DNA of 64,000 nt from the human T2T-CHM13v2.0 reference genome, Homo sapiens (GCF_009914755.1 NC_060925.1); one strand, 5' to 3'; positions 34,561 through 54,254 are shown, counted from the first letter of the stretch. Notes: generated by a model from the sequence alone, not told the origin. Numbers and translations: made by a program.

Positions 34561-36020
34561 CTTTGGTTGTCTGGTATCCCCCCAAGCCGGGCACCTTGGC
34601 CAGTTCCCTAATCAAACACAAAAGGCTACCTCCGCCCGTCTGCAAGTAGTCCTTGAGCTGGAGCGTTGGGTGGGACTGGGTCCAGCAGCATCGTTCTTCT
34701 CCCTCTTGGACACTTTCTGGAATTGCTGCTTCGGGAACAATTGCCTCCACAAAGTTAACAGGACTTCATTGGATTGCCTATCAATTTTCTCTCGGTCAGC
34801 CCCAGCCAAAATCAAATCAATCCACATCTGCATGTGGGTCACCCATTGGGGTCCCATTTTGTCCCATGAGGTGGCCCCCTGTGGAACAGGTACCTTCTCC
34901 TTTTTTGTGGCACTGACTCCCTGGTCCCAAATGATGGTCCTCTGCTTCCCTAAGGAACGCCATGGTGGTAGTCACCTCATGTATGTGGTGCCCCACATAC
35001 AGAGTGAGAACAACGGCCTGGGAGCTGAAGGCACTCGGGAGTGCAGAGCCTAACACAAGGTCCCTCATGTGGGAGGTAAAGTGTTCATCATCTGGCCCTC
35101 GGGTATTCAGATTGAACATAGCCTGCCACATACCCATCTCCTGAATTACTTGCACCAAATCTGTGTACAACTGCTATTTACTCATAGTTTCTGATATTTC
35201 TCTGGCATTGTTCCATGCCGATCAGCTATTCAATTAGAGTGTGGTTGCCTTGCCCCTATGCTAATTGTTCCATACCGTTCATATGGCTACCATCAGCTAT
35301 TCAATTAGAGTGTGGTTGCCTTGCCCCTGTGCTAACTGCCTGCTTACCTGCAATCAGTGACGCAGGGAGAGATGGGTCATAATGGAGGTCTACTTTTCCA
35401 TTTCAGAAGTGAAGCAGACGATACTGTTGGCTCCCTCATCCCAAAGGTGAAGCGTCCAGGCGGGTAGGGGTTCCCCCAAACGCTGCCAAAGCTGTTTACC
35501 TAATTCCCGCAACTCAGTTGGGGTATAGGAACTGCATGACGTGTGCTCCGTCATGGTAGGGGTCTCTGTGCCCGCCATTTGTGGGGCTCCAACAGGTGTT
35601 CATGCTCTATTTTCTGACAGACAACTGGGCGAGCCCGAAACAGGGGTTCTTCCTCCTAGGTATCAGAACAAGCGAGGGTCTCTGGCTGGGATGGTGGGCC
35701 CAGGCCCACACTAATGGCAGCTCCTAATTCTCATTCCAAGCTGTGTATCCGGGCCTCCTGGCACTCTGCTTGTTCCTGGAGGTGCCTTTACCTGTGTGCA
35801 TCCCGCAGGGACTGAGTGTGTGCTTCCCGTAGTACAGTCAAAAACGCCCATCCAACTCTGCCGGCAAAAGCAGCTCCTTCTTGGTGCTCTGTCCTTCTGG
35901 GTGCTTCAGCCCCTTCTCCATGCTCATGGGAGACCTGTCCACCACCGCCCATGTTTCCACTGGGGCCCATCCTAGCATCACAGCTGCCACCAGGTACCAT
36001 AACCCATGCTGGGGCCACAT
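34560..36020 (-). pseudogene. HERV-S gag remnant
   Basis: Fragmented ORFs (MWPQHGLWYLVAAVMLGWAPVETW; SYTPTELRELGKQLWQRLGEPLPAW; QMWIDLILAGADREKID) between the PBS and protease. Confidence 0.75.
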
Positions 36021-36068
36021 GGCCCCCCCGGGATCATCGGGGCCAAGGACTCACTCACTCACCTTGGG

Positions 36069-36086
36069 ATCCTGCTGACTACGCCA
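36069..36086 (-). promoter_or_regulatory. Primer binding site for tRNA-Ser
   Basis: Plus strand ATCCTGCTGACTACGCCA matches the tRNA-Ser 3' end ATCCTGCCGACTACGCCA at 17/18; lies 2 nt from the 5' LTR. Confidence 0.92.
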
Positions 36087-36088
36087 AT

Positions 36089-36417
36089 TGTCAGGTTCCA
36101 GCCCGAGCTGAGGTCCAAGCGGAGTTGGTGGATTGGTGGTGGGTAGCTGAAAGAACACTCAAGGGACCATAGGCAGTTGGGACATGGCTTTATTCTCTCC
36201 CCTCCTACAGAGTCAGCAGTGTAGTTATACTACTCACAGACAATAATGGCTCAAAGCCAGGTACCATCTCACACAAACTGGTTACATCAAATGGCTACAT
36301 ACATGTGATTATATAATGCATAGGATTGTGTCCCTGCACTCCAAACCCAGTGTGTCATGCTGTACTGGATGTCTACCTCAGCCTACTCCTGACTGAAGCA
36401 CAGCCATTTTCCTTACA
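36089..36417 (-). repeat. 5' LTR (LTR18)
   Basis: Direct repeat of 29725-30049, roughly 13-15% diverged by eye. Confidence 0.92.
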
Positions 36418-36804
36418 CCATCAATACATATCAGAGGAAACGCTAGATTGTTAGAGTTGGGAAATACCTTAGACATTATTTAGTCCAGAGATTTGGAAAC
36501 ATTTTTAAAAACTTTTATATCTAATTTAAAAAATATGAAAACACTTTCTCACTTATTTTTTCTTCATAACAAAACCTTCCATGGCAGGCCAATATATAAC
36601 AGGTAAAAAAGAATTTTTATGGTTAAGGGAAATACAGTGGGATGGAGGAGCTCCACCTGCTAGTTTTCTATTAACCCAGCCTGACAAGAGAATTGAGACC
36701 ACTCATGAGAAAGTCTTTCTTGCTGGTTCCCTAAAAGTGACATGACTTGTACACCTTGGTACTCTGTGCTCAGATGGAGATTAATTGGCGGGGGGAGTCA
36801 TTCA

Positions 36805-37097
36805 TTTTTTTTTTTTGAGATGGAGTCTCGCTCTGGCACCCAGAATGGAGCGCAGCGGCATGATCTCGGCTCACTGCAAGCCTCCTGGGTTCAAGCTATT
36901 CTCCTCCCTCAACCTCCTGAGTAGCTGGGATTACAGGTGCCTGCCACGACGCCAGGCTAATTTTTTTTTGTATTTTTAGTAGAGACGGGGTTTTACCATG
37001 TTGGCCAGGCTGGCTTTGAACTCCTGATCTCAAGTGATCTACCTGCCTTGGCCTCCCAAAGTGTTAGGATTACAGGCGTGAGCCACCGTGCCTGGCT
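36805..37097 (-). mobile_element. AluS-like element with TSD
   Basis: TSD GAGTCATTC at 36795-36803 and 37098-37106. Confidence 0.92.
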
Positions 37098-37757
37098 GAG
37101 TCATTCCTTTTCTAACTCTTCTCCTGGTTCATTGAATATTGGACAAGTCCTTTTTTCCTTTCTTACCTGTTTTTTTCATCTATATTATGGAGATAATTAG
37201 AATCTCCTGATTTTCTCATTGTGTCTCTGAATGAATGAATTCCTGGAAATCGAAGGGTTAAAATGAAGTCTACCTGTTTGGACTCCCTGGGCTTAAATAC
37301 CTGCCTTAGTAGTCATTGTCTAGGTACTTGTGGTCAAGTTACTTAACCACTGTGACCTTCAAGTTTCTCACCTATAAAAGGGGTATAATTACACCACTTA
37401 CCTTATAAGATTGTTATAAATGAGATGTAAATATGATCAGCATGTTTTATTATTGTCAACACTACTTCTAAAAAATACAGTGTAAGAAAACAATTATGGA
37501 TGTTCCTAAATATTTATTACCTGGAATTTTAATTGTTTAAACTTATAAAAAAAAGTAAATACATAGGAATATTAGATTGGTTAAAAAATGGCTCATTTAT
37601 AAGATGGGATAATTTGCAAGTGTCAAAATAATGTAGAAAATTATTTGGTGACATGGGAAAAATATTCTTTGTATGTTGTTAAATTTAAAAGATTAGATTA
37701 TAAAATCTTGTTATTGTTTTATTTATTCATAGGGCTAAAGGGCAGTCATTTTCTTCA

Positions 37758-43445
<5,688 letters not shown>

Positions 43446-43818
43446 TTAGTTCTGTTTTTTCTTCATTTCTCCCTTACTGGTGCTTCAGAACACTTCACAT
43501 TTCTGTATTGGAATTCCACAAGCGTGTCTTTCTGTCCCTTCTAGATTGTAAAACTATTTGAAGGAAAGATTTTTATCTTACTGGTAGACTGTTTGGGGAG
43601 ACATTGTTCACTGTATCTCACAGCGTTTTCCTCATAAAGATTTATGGGGGAAATTTCTCACAGGTCAAGGCTTGCTTTTATTTTAGGGACACAGTTTAAT
43701 GTATGCCAGATTATATTCCCCCACTTTGCATTGGCTGCTTGGAAGCTCAGAGCCACAATTGTGTCACAGTTCTAAGCAGCGCCTTCTCAAAATCTCCACT
43801 TATATACCTAATAGTCTT

Positions 43819-44331
43819 TGCATTAGTCTCCTATTGCTGCTGTACCAAATTACCACAAACTTAGTGGTTTAAAACAACATAAACCTATTATCTTACAGTT
43901 TGGGGAATCAGAAGCCCAAAATTAGTTTCACTGGACTAAAGCCAAGGTGTCAGCAGGACTATGTTCCTTCTGGAGGCTTTAGAGGATAATCTATTTCCTT
44001 ATCTTTCCCAGCTTCTAGAGACTTCTTACATTCCGTGTCTTCTGGCCCCTTTTTCCATCTTCAAAGCCAGGAGTGTAGCATCTTCTCTCCCCTCTGACTT
44101 CTGCATCTGTCCTTACATCTTCTTCCTCTGACTTTGATCCTCCTGCCTCCCTCTTATTTTTGCGATTGCACTGGGCTCACCAGATAACCCAGGTTAATCT
44201 CCCCATCTCAAGACCCTTAACTGAATCACATTTGAAAAGTCCCTTTTTCCCATGTGAGGTAATACACTCACAGGTTCTGGGGATTCGGAAATGGGTCTCT
44301 TTTGCAGGGGGTCCTTATTCAGCCTGCCACA
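43819..44331 (-). mobile_element. MLT1-type MaLR solo LTR
   Basis: tgcattagtctcctattgctgctgtaccaaattaccacaaacttagtgg...attcagcctgccaca is the reverse complement of an MLT1-like consensus. Confidence 0.8.
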
Positions 44332-44349
44332 TTCTTTTCAGTGTTAGCT

Positions 44350-45270
44350 GTATGAAACTGAAATGTTTGAGTCTCCTAACCAAACTGTACCTCTGCCTAC
44401 CCTTCCACCTCCCTCACCTTCCATATCTCAGTAAATGGCCCTGCCATCTAATAATTGTTCTGATCAGGCACATGGTTCTCTGCTCTCCCTCACCCCCATA
44501 TCCAGTCTCTCATGTTGTTCTGTCATATAGACTTCTAAAGTGTATCTAGAACCTGTACACTTCATTTTTTGGCCACTGCCACTACCCTAGGCTAAGCCAT
44601 CACCAGCTCTTGCCTGAATTGCTGTCATAGCCTCTAATTTGTTCTTTACTTCAGCTCTTGCCCTTTCCTAGTCTATTCTTCACAAATCGATTAGATTTTT
44701 TGCAAACACAAAGCCAATCATGCTGTTTTCCTACTTAATACTCTCCAATTGTTTCCTATCTCATGCTGAAGAACATTCAAATTCTTCATCATGACTTCTA
44801 AGGCCTCATGGTCTGGCCTGGCCCTCTCTCAAAGAACATCTCATTCTGCTCTCTTTACCACCACATTCTGGTCACACTGGCCTCCCTGGAGATTTCTACC
44901 TGGCTCAAGCCATGCTTCTCACATGTAATTCTTCTGCTTGGCACTCTGCCAACTCTTCCCCGACTACATCTTTGCTGAGCTTTTGGTCTCATCTGAAATG
45001 TCTCCTCCTCAAAGAAGCTGTTCTATACAACTCCATCTAACTGGAGTTCCCTACCCTGCTGTGCACAAATTTTTCTTGATCACTTCACCCTTTTAAGTAG
45101 CCTTCATAGACTTATCACTATTGATAATTACTTAGTTGTTGTTTACTTTATATCATTTATTTTCTCCATCATATTGTTAATTCTGTAAAGGCGCAGGCCA
45201 TTTCTGTTTGTTCCTTGCTGTATGTGATGCTTCATAGGTATGTAGCATAGGAGATCCTGAATACATTTTC
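44350..45270 (+). mobile_element. Ancient L2 fragment
   Basis: L2-like motifs (ccactgccactaccctag..aagccatcaccagctcttgcctgaa; ggtctcatctgaaatgtctcctcctc). Confidence 0.6.
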
Positions 45271-46149
45271 TGTCATCCTTACCCTGACTTTATCTTACCT
45301 TTTTGGGTTTGTTTTCCTTATGTTCTTGTTTTCTTACTTTGTATTGAAATGAGAGAAAAACTCACAACCCCCAGGCTCTACTCAAGGTTGGGGGCCAGAG
45401 GAGGTAGAGCTTCCTCTGCTCCTGTCTCTTCCACCCGCCATCCACTCACTCGCCATTAGTACTGTGTGTTGTGGGCAAAAGAAAAGCTTTCTACTAGTGT
45501 TTCTTCCCAGGGAATGTGGGATTCATCCTGGAATGCCAAAATAAGGATGAATTGTCTAAAGAGAAAACCAGAATGCCTTTCTGGACCAAAGATTGAAATT
45601 GCTCTGCCTAATAATGTAAACAGTTTATTTTCACTGACTGGGGGCAGAGTGTTCCTTAGCGAGATTAATATGATACTAGCTGCTTTTTTGTCTTCCTCTG
45701 GCAAAGGCTAGAGATAACAAAAATTGGGGTTCTAGACTCTAGGGAGGAAGGACAACATTCACAGCTCCATTTGTAGGAGGTGAGGAGGGCCCTTGAGAAA
45801 AGTGGGGTGTGAGCGAGTATAGGACATTCAGGAGAGAGATGATCAGTAGGGGACACCCTGGGAGAAAGAGATTCTGAGCTCTTTTCTTTTCTCCGGAGCC
45901 CTGACCCTTGAGCAGTGGCACACAGAGTGTCTTCCTTTATTCTCTGGTACAGTAGTCATGTTTCTTGGCACAGTGCCTTGGACCTTCCATACATGCTTTC
46001 TTCCCTCCAGAGCCTTCGTCTAAGATGCTGGAGAGTAGCTTATAGCCTGGGCATCAAGTTTGTCGATTCTCCCCAGGACCCTTTTCTTTATAGGTGCCAC
46101 ATGTCATGATTTATGCACAAACATGATTTGCCTGACAGTGCAGTCTGGG

Positions 46150-46782
<633 letters not shown>

Positions 46783-49700
46783 TGAGTTTATCTGCCGCCC
46801 CGCGTGGGCTGGCAGGGCTTGGCAGGAGAGATGAGACCCCTTGAATATTGAAGAGGCTGCCGCTCTTCACTCAGAGGCGGCGGGATCTGATTAAACATGC
46901 TTACAGGAACGACTGTCTCCAATGGCTTTCCTCCAGCCAACTTAATTAATTTATCTGAGATCATCAGAGGATGAAGCCACCTGTCTTATGTGCATTTTAA
47001 ATGGAGAAATTCTGGGGAAATTACCATAAAGTGGGGGGCATGCCCCATTGGGATGGGAAAATGGACTTAAATGTCAGAAAATAATATTAATTTGTGACTA
47101 GCTGCATACCCTATCGCAGACCTGAGCCCCAACTCCGTCCAGATAAGGTGAAAGACAACTTTATTTGGAAGCTGGATGATCTCCTCCTAAGTATAGCAAA
47201 CTTGCCAGAAATGTTTGGCTAGTTGAAGATTGGAAGCAAAAGGGCAAATGTAAACTCATTGCCTATCACTTCATCTGCTTCCCCGTGTGTGTTTGTGGTG
47301 AGTGTTCATTTGAGATTGTGTGTGTTTGTGATGATATGAAAGCTGTTGCAGTAATAGTGGATGAAAACATATTATTCTGCTTTAGAGAAAAGAAGATGCC
47401 TTCTTTCTTATCAGTGCAACAAATTTAGGGATTAACTGAAACTGATCTCTGGTGGCATTTCTCAGATTCTATTAAACCTAGTCTGCTAAGGGGCTGTCCA
47501 GGTAATATTAGAAGATTTCACTTCGTAGAGGAGACGCAAATATTTTGAAACAAAATCTCACCGCTCGCAGCTTGGCCAAACTGGCTCCAACATTCAGCTG
47601 GTGTTCACATAGCTTTTCATACACATGGTCACAAAAGTACAAAATGCTGAAAGGCATTTTCAGTAGGCTTAGTTTTGGCTGAACTCTAATTATGACACCC
47701 TCGAGAGAATTCTGATAAAAGAGAAGAGCCGAGGCCATCTGAACTTCTTTCTGTCAGGCTTTTGTCCTTGTGCAAAGTGCTTCCGTTCCTGATGTCTCGG
47801 TTTTCTATATTTTAATAAAGCACAGTATAGAAAATGAACTATTTCTTGTCAATCTTGAAGAGTTATGAACTCGAGAGCTGTTACATGGCATTAAAATGCT
47901 TTCTAAAATGAAAGCCATACCTGAATTAGGGCATTTCAAGAAATTGCGATTATACCAGTAGCAGGAATATCAACCTTGCTTGATTTTTATATTTTCTTTC
48001 TCAAAATGGGTTCCACACTTATTTCATATAGATTTATTGCTTTTAATATTGTTACTGTAATTATAGTTCCTTCTCTTGACCTGTATTTACACATTATTTT
48101 TAGCTTCTTTCATAGAAGAAAACATAAAACATAGTTTTAATTTCACAGAATTACACCAAATTCTTAATTGGATTTAGTCTCTGACCCTTTAAAAATGGGC
48201 AAAGATGCAACTGTAAAAATTTTATTATATCTGATTATAGGTAGAACATTCTGCTTATTTTTCTTTGTATTATTGGATACTAATTACAGTAATACCTAGC
48301 CTTATGCTATTGATTGGGCTGTCAAATTGGCCATTTATTAAAGTAAAAATAAGTACAATTACCAAGTCAATATATGGTTCATCTATTTCAATAAGGAATA
48401 AATAATAAAAGTTTCTGAAACCATGATAAATTCCAATTTAATAATATGTTACATTGGAATGTACTTTTACCATTTAAGAAAAGTTTTATCTTGCCTTTTT
48501 ATTGCCTATGTAATTTTCCCCTATATTTAAAATGTAATATTCTTCACATCAGCCCAGTGTGGTGGTGTGCTCCTGTTGTCCCAGCTACGCAGGAGGCTGA
48601 GGCAAGGGGTCCTTGAGCCCGGGATCAGTCTGGGCAACACGGTGAGACCCTGTCTTTAAAAAGCAAAATGAAATCCTTCATCTTTAACGTCATTTAATAT
48701 TAGCTACATGAACAATATTCTTTGTAGAAAAAGTCTGATTGCGGTGAACTTGGCTGTTCTTATCTATGGATGTCCTGCTGTGTTTGCCGTCTTCCTATAG
48801 ATGAAATCTTTTTCTTAAATTCTCCTAAGCTCTCGGAGCCCTTTAGGGTCAAGATTTTGCCAGGAGATAGAAAGTTTCCTTTATACTTTGATTAAAGAAG
48901 GGAAGACAAGTCCATAAGAAATTGATGTACTTAATAATGAATGAACTTGGTCTGAAATTACCCCCAACCTCTTAGTTTCTCAGATTAAACCATTAGTCAC
49001 ACTTTACCTTTGTTAATATAGACATCTTTCTTGCTTCATCTTCTTTACTCCCTTCTTCCTTCTCTCTTTTCTCCCTAACTATTTATTCCTCTATGCCTCC
49101 TTTCTACCCATTCTCCTATGTCTATAGACTCTTTGTGTCTCCTTCAAATCCTTGCCCTCCACATCAACTCCCGCACCTGGTGCAGGTAGATTTGTGGCCC
49201 TTCCCTGTGGAGAAGAATGTTCCTGGTATGATTACCCAGTCCTAGCCTTTTTCATTCATAATGTCACCTGGGCCCTTTTTCATTGACATTGTCACCTTGA
49301 CTTTTTAAAAAAGCATCATTTGGGGTGGTAACTCCTATACACTTGAGGTCTCATTGTTCTGCACTAAAATAGCAAATCTTGAAATAGCGTAAGATGGGCC
49401 GATGAAAGAGTGAAAAGACTCATTGTCAAGTGGAGATCTACTTTCACATATATAAATAGGAAGCTTGCCTCTGACATTGATCAGAAGCTGTAAAGAGAAA
49501 GGCTTTTCTCTGAAAAACACGGAATTATCTCCAGAAACTGGGATCCTGATGTTGGCCTCTCTTCTTTCGTTCCTTCCTTTCTCTCTCTCTCTTCCTCCTT
49601 TTCTTTCTTTCTCTCCCCTCCCCCATTCTACTACTTCATTTCCCTTTCAGCCTTTTCTTCCTCCCTCTCTTTTTAAAATTGAAAACTTTCAGTTATTCAT

Positions 49701-49881
49701 AGTTAATAGTCCTTTAGATATAACAGTAATAAGTATAATACCTCCTTAGAGCTCATTTGAGTCATCTCTAGTGTATCCAGCCAGTATTCCCTTTCATGTC
49801 CATCCTTTAAGCTGGAAACTTATACTTTAGTTTGCAGAAAGAATTCATTTCAGACTTCAGAGGTTAATAAATTAAATTGCT

Positions 49882-50282
49882 TGCTAGCATGGCAGCTCAT
49901 GTCTGTGATCCCAGAACTTTGGGAGGCTGAAGTGGGAGGATTGCTTGAGCCCAGGAGTTTGAAACCAGACTGGGCAGTATAGGGAGACTTCTTCTCTACA
50001 AAAAATTTAAACAACTAGCCAGGAGGCCCAGGTAGGTTGATCACTTGAGCTCAGAAGTTTTAGAACAGCCTGGGCAACATGGAGAAACCCTGTCTCTCCA
50101 AAAAATACAAAAAATTAGCTGGGCATGGTGACACCTACCTGTAGTCCCAGCTACTTGGGAGGCTGAGGTGGGAGATCACCTGACCCTGGGGAGGTCAAGG
50201 TTGCAGTGATCACACCACTGCACACGAGCCTGGGCAACAGAGTGAGACCGTGTCTCAAAAAAAAAAAAAAAAAAAAAAAAAA
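49882..50282 (+). mobile_element. Compound three-arm AluJ-like element
   Basis: Left arm, second partial left arm (~50020-50115), right arm and long poly-A. Confidence 0.8.
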
Positions 50283-50749
50283 TCAAATCTCTTGCTTTTG
50301 TTTTCTTTACTTGTAACATTTTCACCTAAGGGGAAAATGCCATATTTCTTGTCATCATAAAATAAGAGGTGGGAATTACTAAGTTTAAATTTGCCGATTA
50401 GTTTCGATGATTCACCAGTGCTTGATGATTAAGGGGTATTGGTGCAGTGCCACTGAGTTGCTGTTCATAGTCTCCAGTAAGGGCAGTACAAGAGAGGAGA
50501 AAAGTAAAGTTGCACATCAGGCCAATACATTTCCATGTCCCTACAGCCCATGGGTATTTTTCTCTGAAGTTTAAAATTACAGCTCAAGAAGATCATATGT
50601 ATTTATGTAATCTGCCTTTAACCAGGCCACCTTGCTTCCCTAATGCTGTTGTTTTTTTCCCTTCGTTTATTTATCTTTAATTGACACCTGTTGCTATTCT
50701 TATGCCTGCTCACCTTCACATAAATGTCAGCATCCATGCACCATGTATG

Positions 50750-50750
<1 letters not shown>

Positions 50751-50786
<36 letters not shown>
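50751..50786. repeat. (CA)n microsatellite
   Basis: About 18 CA units. Confidence 0.95.
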
Positions 50787-50789
<3 letters not shown>

Positions 50790-51704
50790 CTCTAAAAGTT
50801 CTGATGAGTATTTGATAAATAGTAGAGTTTTGAGGAGAGATGGAGGAAAGTGTTTACAAGTTTAACTTTTTGAATTTGCTTTTAACTCTCTGCTGTTCCC
50901 TCACCTGTAAAATCTGCCTCATCTCTGCCCCTCTTTCTTCTTGCAAACCTCACTTCTCATAGCCTCCTCCAGCAGCACTGACTTCTGGAGATTCCCTGTC
51001 AGTGAAATAAAACTGGAAAGCTGGTCTCATAATAAAAGCCCAACAGTTTATGGGCAAAGCCCAACCACCTGTGGTTCTTCAGGTGTGGTTTTCTTGAGGA
51101 GTGCTTATTTACCCTGCCACATTTTCCTCTCTTTCTCTCCAAGGAGGCTTTCTCTCCAGGGTGGATTAAGTGAAATTATGCTGTTACTTAGGGACTGATT
51201 TACATATTTCTTATCCCTCACACTCTGGGTTTCTCTATGTTAGCTACATCTAGGAAAAAAATGGGGAAAAAAATCACCTTGATTGGAAGTGCAGTTAATT
51301 CCTGAAAATAAAGCCTGATCACGAGTGGTAATCACAGATCAATTAGTTACTGGATCCCTAGATAATGCATCCCTGTCATTGTGAGACAAAAGAGGGGAAA
51401 GTGGGGTGGGAGGAGGGGAACTTGGCTTGGAGGCAGGGTGAGTTCCATTCCCAGTTACAAGACCTTAGGCAAGTTGACTGACTTTTATTTATTCCTCATT
51501 GCCATAATAGGGAATGTATTAAAAAATGTATTAAAATAGGGAATGGATTAAAAAATAGTCATTTCTCAGTTTATTTACGTAGTGATAAAAACAAAAAATA
51601 ATTATAAAGTTCTTGGCAAATGCAATACTAAAGAAAATAGAGCAATTAATCATTCTACCATTTCCCAGATATGTCCTCCTTCTAAGAGACAAGACACTGT
51701 GACT

Positions 51705-52490
51705 TCTTTGTTTTTATTAACAGCTTTGTGATGATATAATTCACATGCCATACAGCTCATCCATTTGAAGTGTATAGTTCAGTGGTTCTCAGTAATTCGC
51801 AGAGTTGTGCATCCATCTCCACAATTAATTTTAGAACATTTTTATTGCTTCAAAAGGAAGCCCTGCGCCCTTAGCAGTCACCTCCTCTGGCAACCACTAA
51901 TCTACTTTCTGTTTCTATAGAGTTACCTATTTCATATCATGGACATTTGATATCCTGGGAATCATACAATATGTGGTCCTTTGTCAACAACTTCTTTTAC
52001 TTAGCGTAATGTGGTCAAGGTTCATCAATGTTGTAGCATGTATCAGCACTTCATCTTTTTTATTGACAAATACTCCATTGTATGGATATAACACATTTTA
52101 TTTATCCTTCATCAGTTCATGGACATTTGCATTTTTCTACATTTTAGCTATTATGCATAATGTTGCTATGTACCTCTGTGTACAAATGTTTGCATGGAGC
52201 TATGTTTTCATTTTTCTTGTGTATATACCTAGGAGTGGAATTGCTGGATTATTGAGAAACTGTATATTTAACCAAGTGAGGAACTGCCAGAGTATTTTCC
52301 AAAGTGGCTGCATCATTTTACATCCCTGCCAGCAATGTATGAGGATTCCAATTTCTCTACATCTTCACCAATGCTTTTTATTGTCTGCTTTTCATATTGC
52401 AGCCATCCTAGTGGCCATGAAGTGGCATCTCACTGTGGTTTGGATTTTGCATTTCTCTGATGGCTGATGAGGTTAAGCATCTTTTGATTG
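51705..52490 (-). mobile_element. Old L1M 3' end fragment
   Basis: gatataattcacatgccatac...gtatatacctaggagtggaattgctgg...gcatttctctgatggctgatga. Confidence 0.8.
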
Positions 52491-52987
52491 ATCATGGCTT
52501 CTTTGAAACATCAGGTACAGCTCTGACCATAGCATGAAAGATGGAAAGCCATTACACATTTTCTTATTCTGGAACGAAAAGTCATGCTACACTCTTTATG
52601 AGACCTCACATAATATAGTTGAGAGAGTTAAGAGGAGGGCACTCTAACCTATTAGCAGTGAGGATAATAATTGGAATTTTCCCCTTACTTTGCCTCAGCC
52701 ACTTTGGTCTTCTCTTTTAGTTTCTGAATAGAGTGGGGCTATTTAAATCTAAGGGCCATTGTACTTGCTATTTCCTTTGCCTCTAAGTGCACCTCCTCTA
52801 ACATTTTGCATGAGTCATTCCTTCTCATTATTTAGGTCTTAGCTCAAATGTCACTTCCTGTTCAGATATGGCTAAAGTAGCTTCTCATCCTTTAGTCTCC
52901 TTCTGTGACATCATGCATTTTAGTTCCTTCATGTCACTCTTGCAATTTGAAATGATTTTTTTTTTAATAGAGATGGGGTCTCGCTAA

Positions 52988-53140
<153 letters not shown>

Positions 53141-53560
53141 TGACTTCTTTGTTAGAATGTAAGCTTCATGAACAAGAAGATACTGGGTCTGCAATTTTTG
53201 TCATTGAATTCCCACCTAGAACAGTTCCTGGGATAGAGCAGGCACTAAAAAACCATTTGTCAAATGGGCAAATAAATCTCTAAGTAGGTATTAAGATTTG
53301 GGAAAACTTTGAGGGGGACTTTTCCTTTCACTGTGGCTCAACCATGTTAGCTTTGAGAAGCTAATAAGAAAGGAAAAGAGAGTAAAAAAAAAAAAAAGGA
53401 GTAGTGAATGAAATGTAATGTGTGCTTTCTGAGTCCCAGTTTCCTCATCTATAAAATTGGCATAATAACCTCCTTGTGGGTGAAGTAAGACTTAAGTTGT
53501 ATTTCACTTAAGTGAAATATTCACCTACGCAAAGTCCTAGGTGCAGAGTAAAACTCAGTA

Positions 53561-53870
53561 CAGCCATCCCTTGGCATCCGCAGAGGATTGTTTCCAGGCC
53601 CCTGCAAATATCAAAATCTGAGGATGCTGAAGTTCCTTATATAAAATGGACTAGAATATTTTGCATATAACCTATGCACATCCTCCCATATACTTAAGTT
53701 ATTTCTGGATTATTTACAATACGTAATACAATGTTAATGCTATGTAAATAGTTATGCCATATTTTTTTTTTGTATTATTTTTTATTGTTGTATTATTTCT
53801 TTTCAAATTTTTCAATTTGCATTTGGTTGAATCTACAGATGCAGACCCTGGGAATGTGGAGGCCTGACTG
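53561..53870. mobile_element. MER2-like TcMar-Tigger MITE
   Basis: TA target duplication at 53559-53560 and 53871-53872; decayed TIRs CAGCCATCCCTTGG.../...GAGGCCTGACTG; internal ttccttatataaaatgg. Confidence 0.8.
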
Positions 53871-54254
53871 TACATGATAACTATTATCATTAGAAAAACA
53901 ATCTTGCGGTTAGGCACTGTGGCTTGCACCTGTAGTCCCAGCACTTTGGGAGGCTGAGGTAGGAGTTGAGCCCAGGAATTTGAAAGCAGCCTGGGCAACA
54001 CAGTCACACACCTTTAAATAAAAATAAAACAAACAAAAGTGTCTCGCCTTAAGTCATTTCTTAAATCATAAGTCAGAACTTTATGAAACATCCTGACATT
54101 TCTTATCATGAAGACACCAGCCATGCTCTCATGCTTGAACAATTGCATCATTACTCTGGCAATTTAGTGCATGAGTAATATATTATATGTTTTATGAGTT
54201 TTTGTTCTTACTTTTATGTGTACTATATAGTCTTATTGAGAAAAGTTTTGGTAC

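Larger units (their letters stand above)
29725..36417 (-). mobile_element. Near full-length endogenous retrovirus HERV-S (HERVL18/LTR18, class III), ~6.7 kb
   Basis: Two ~325-bp TG...CA direct repeats; TSD CCATC at 29720-29724 and 36418-36422; tRNA-Ser PBS; polypurine tract; gag/pro/RT/RNase H/IN/env remnants in the expected order. Confidence 0.93.

Noticed and set aside
31541-35053. Long + strand ORFs (168 aa at 31541, 183 aa at 34502) as antisense ERV proteins
   Set aside because: Shadows of the GC-rich minus-strand pol/gag; non-ATG starts and no recognisable domain
51973-52467. 164-aa hydrophobic ORF in TBX19 intron 1
   Set aside because: Antisense reading of an L1 3' region
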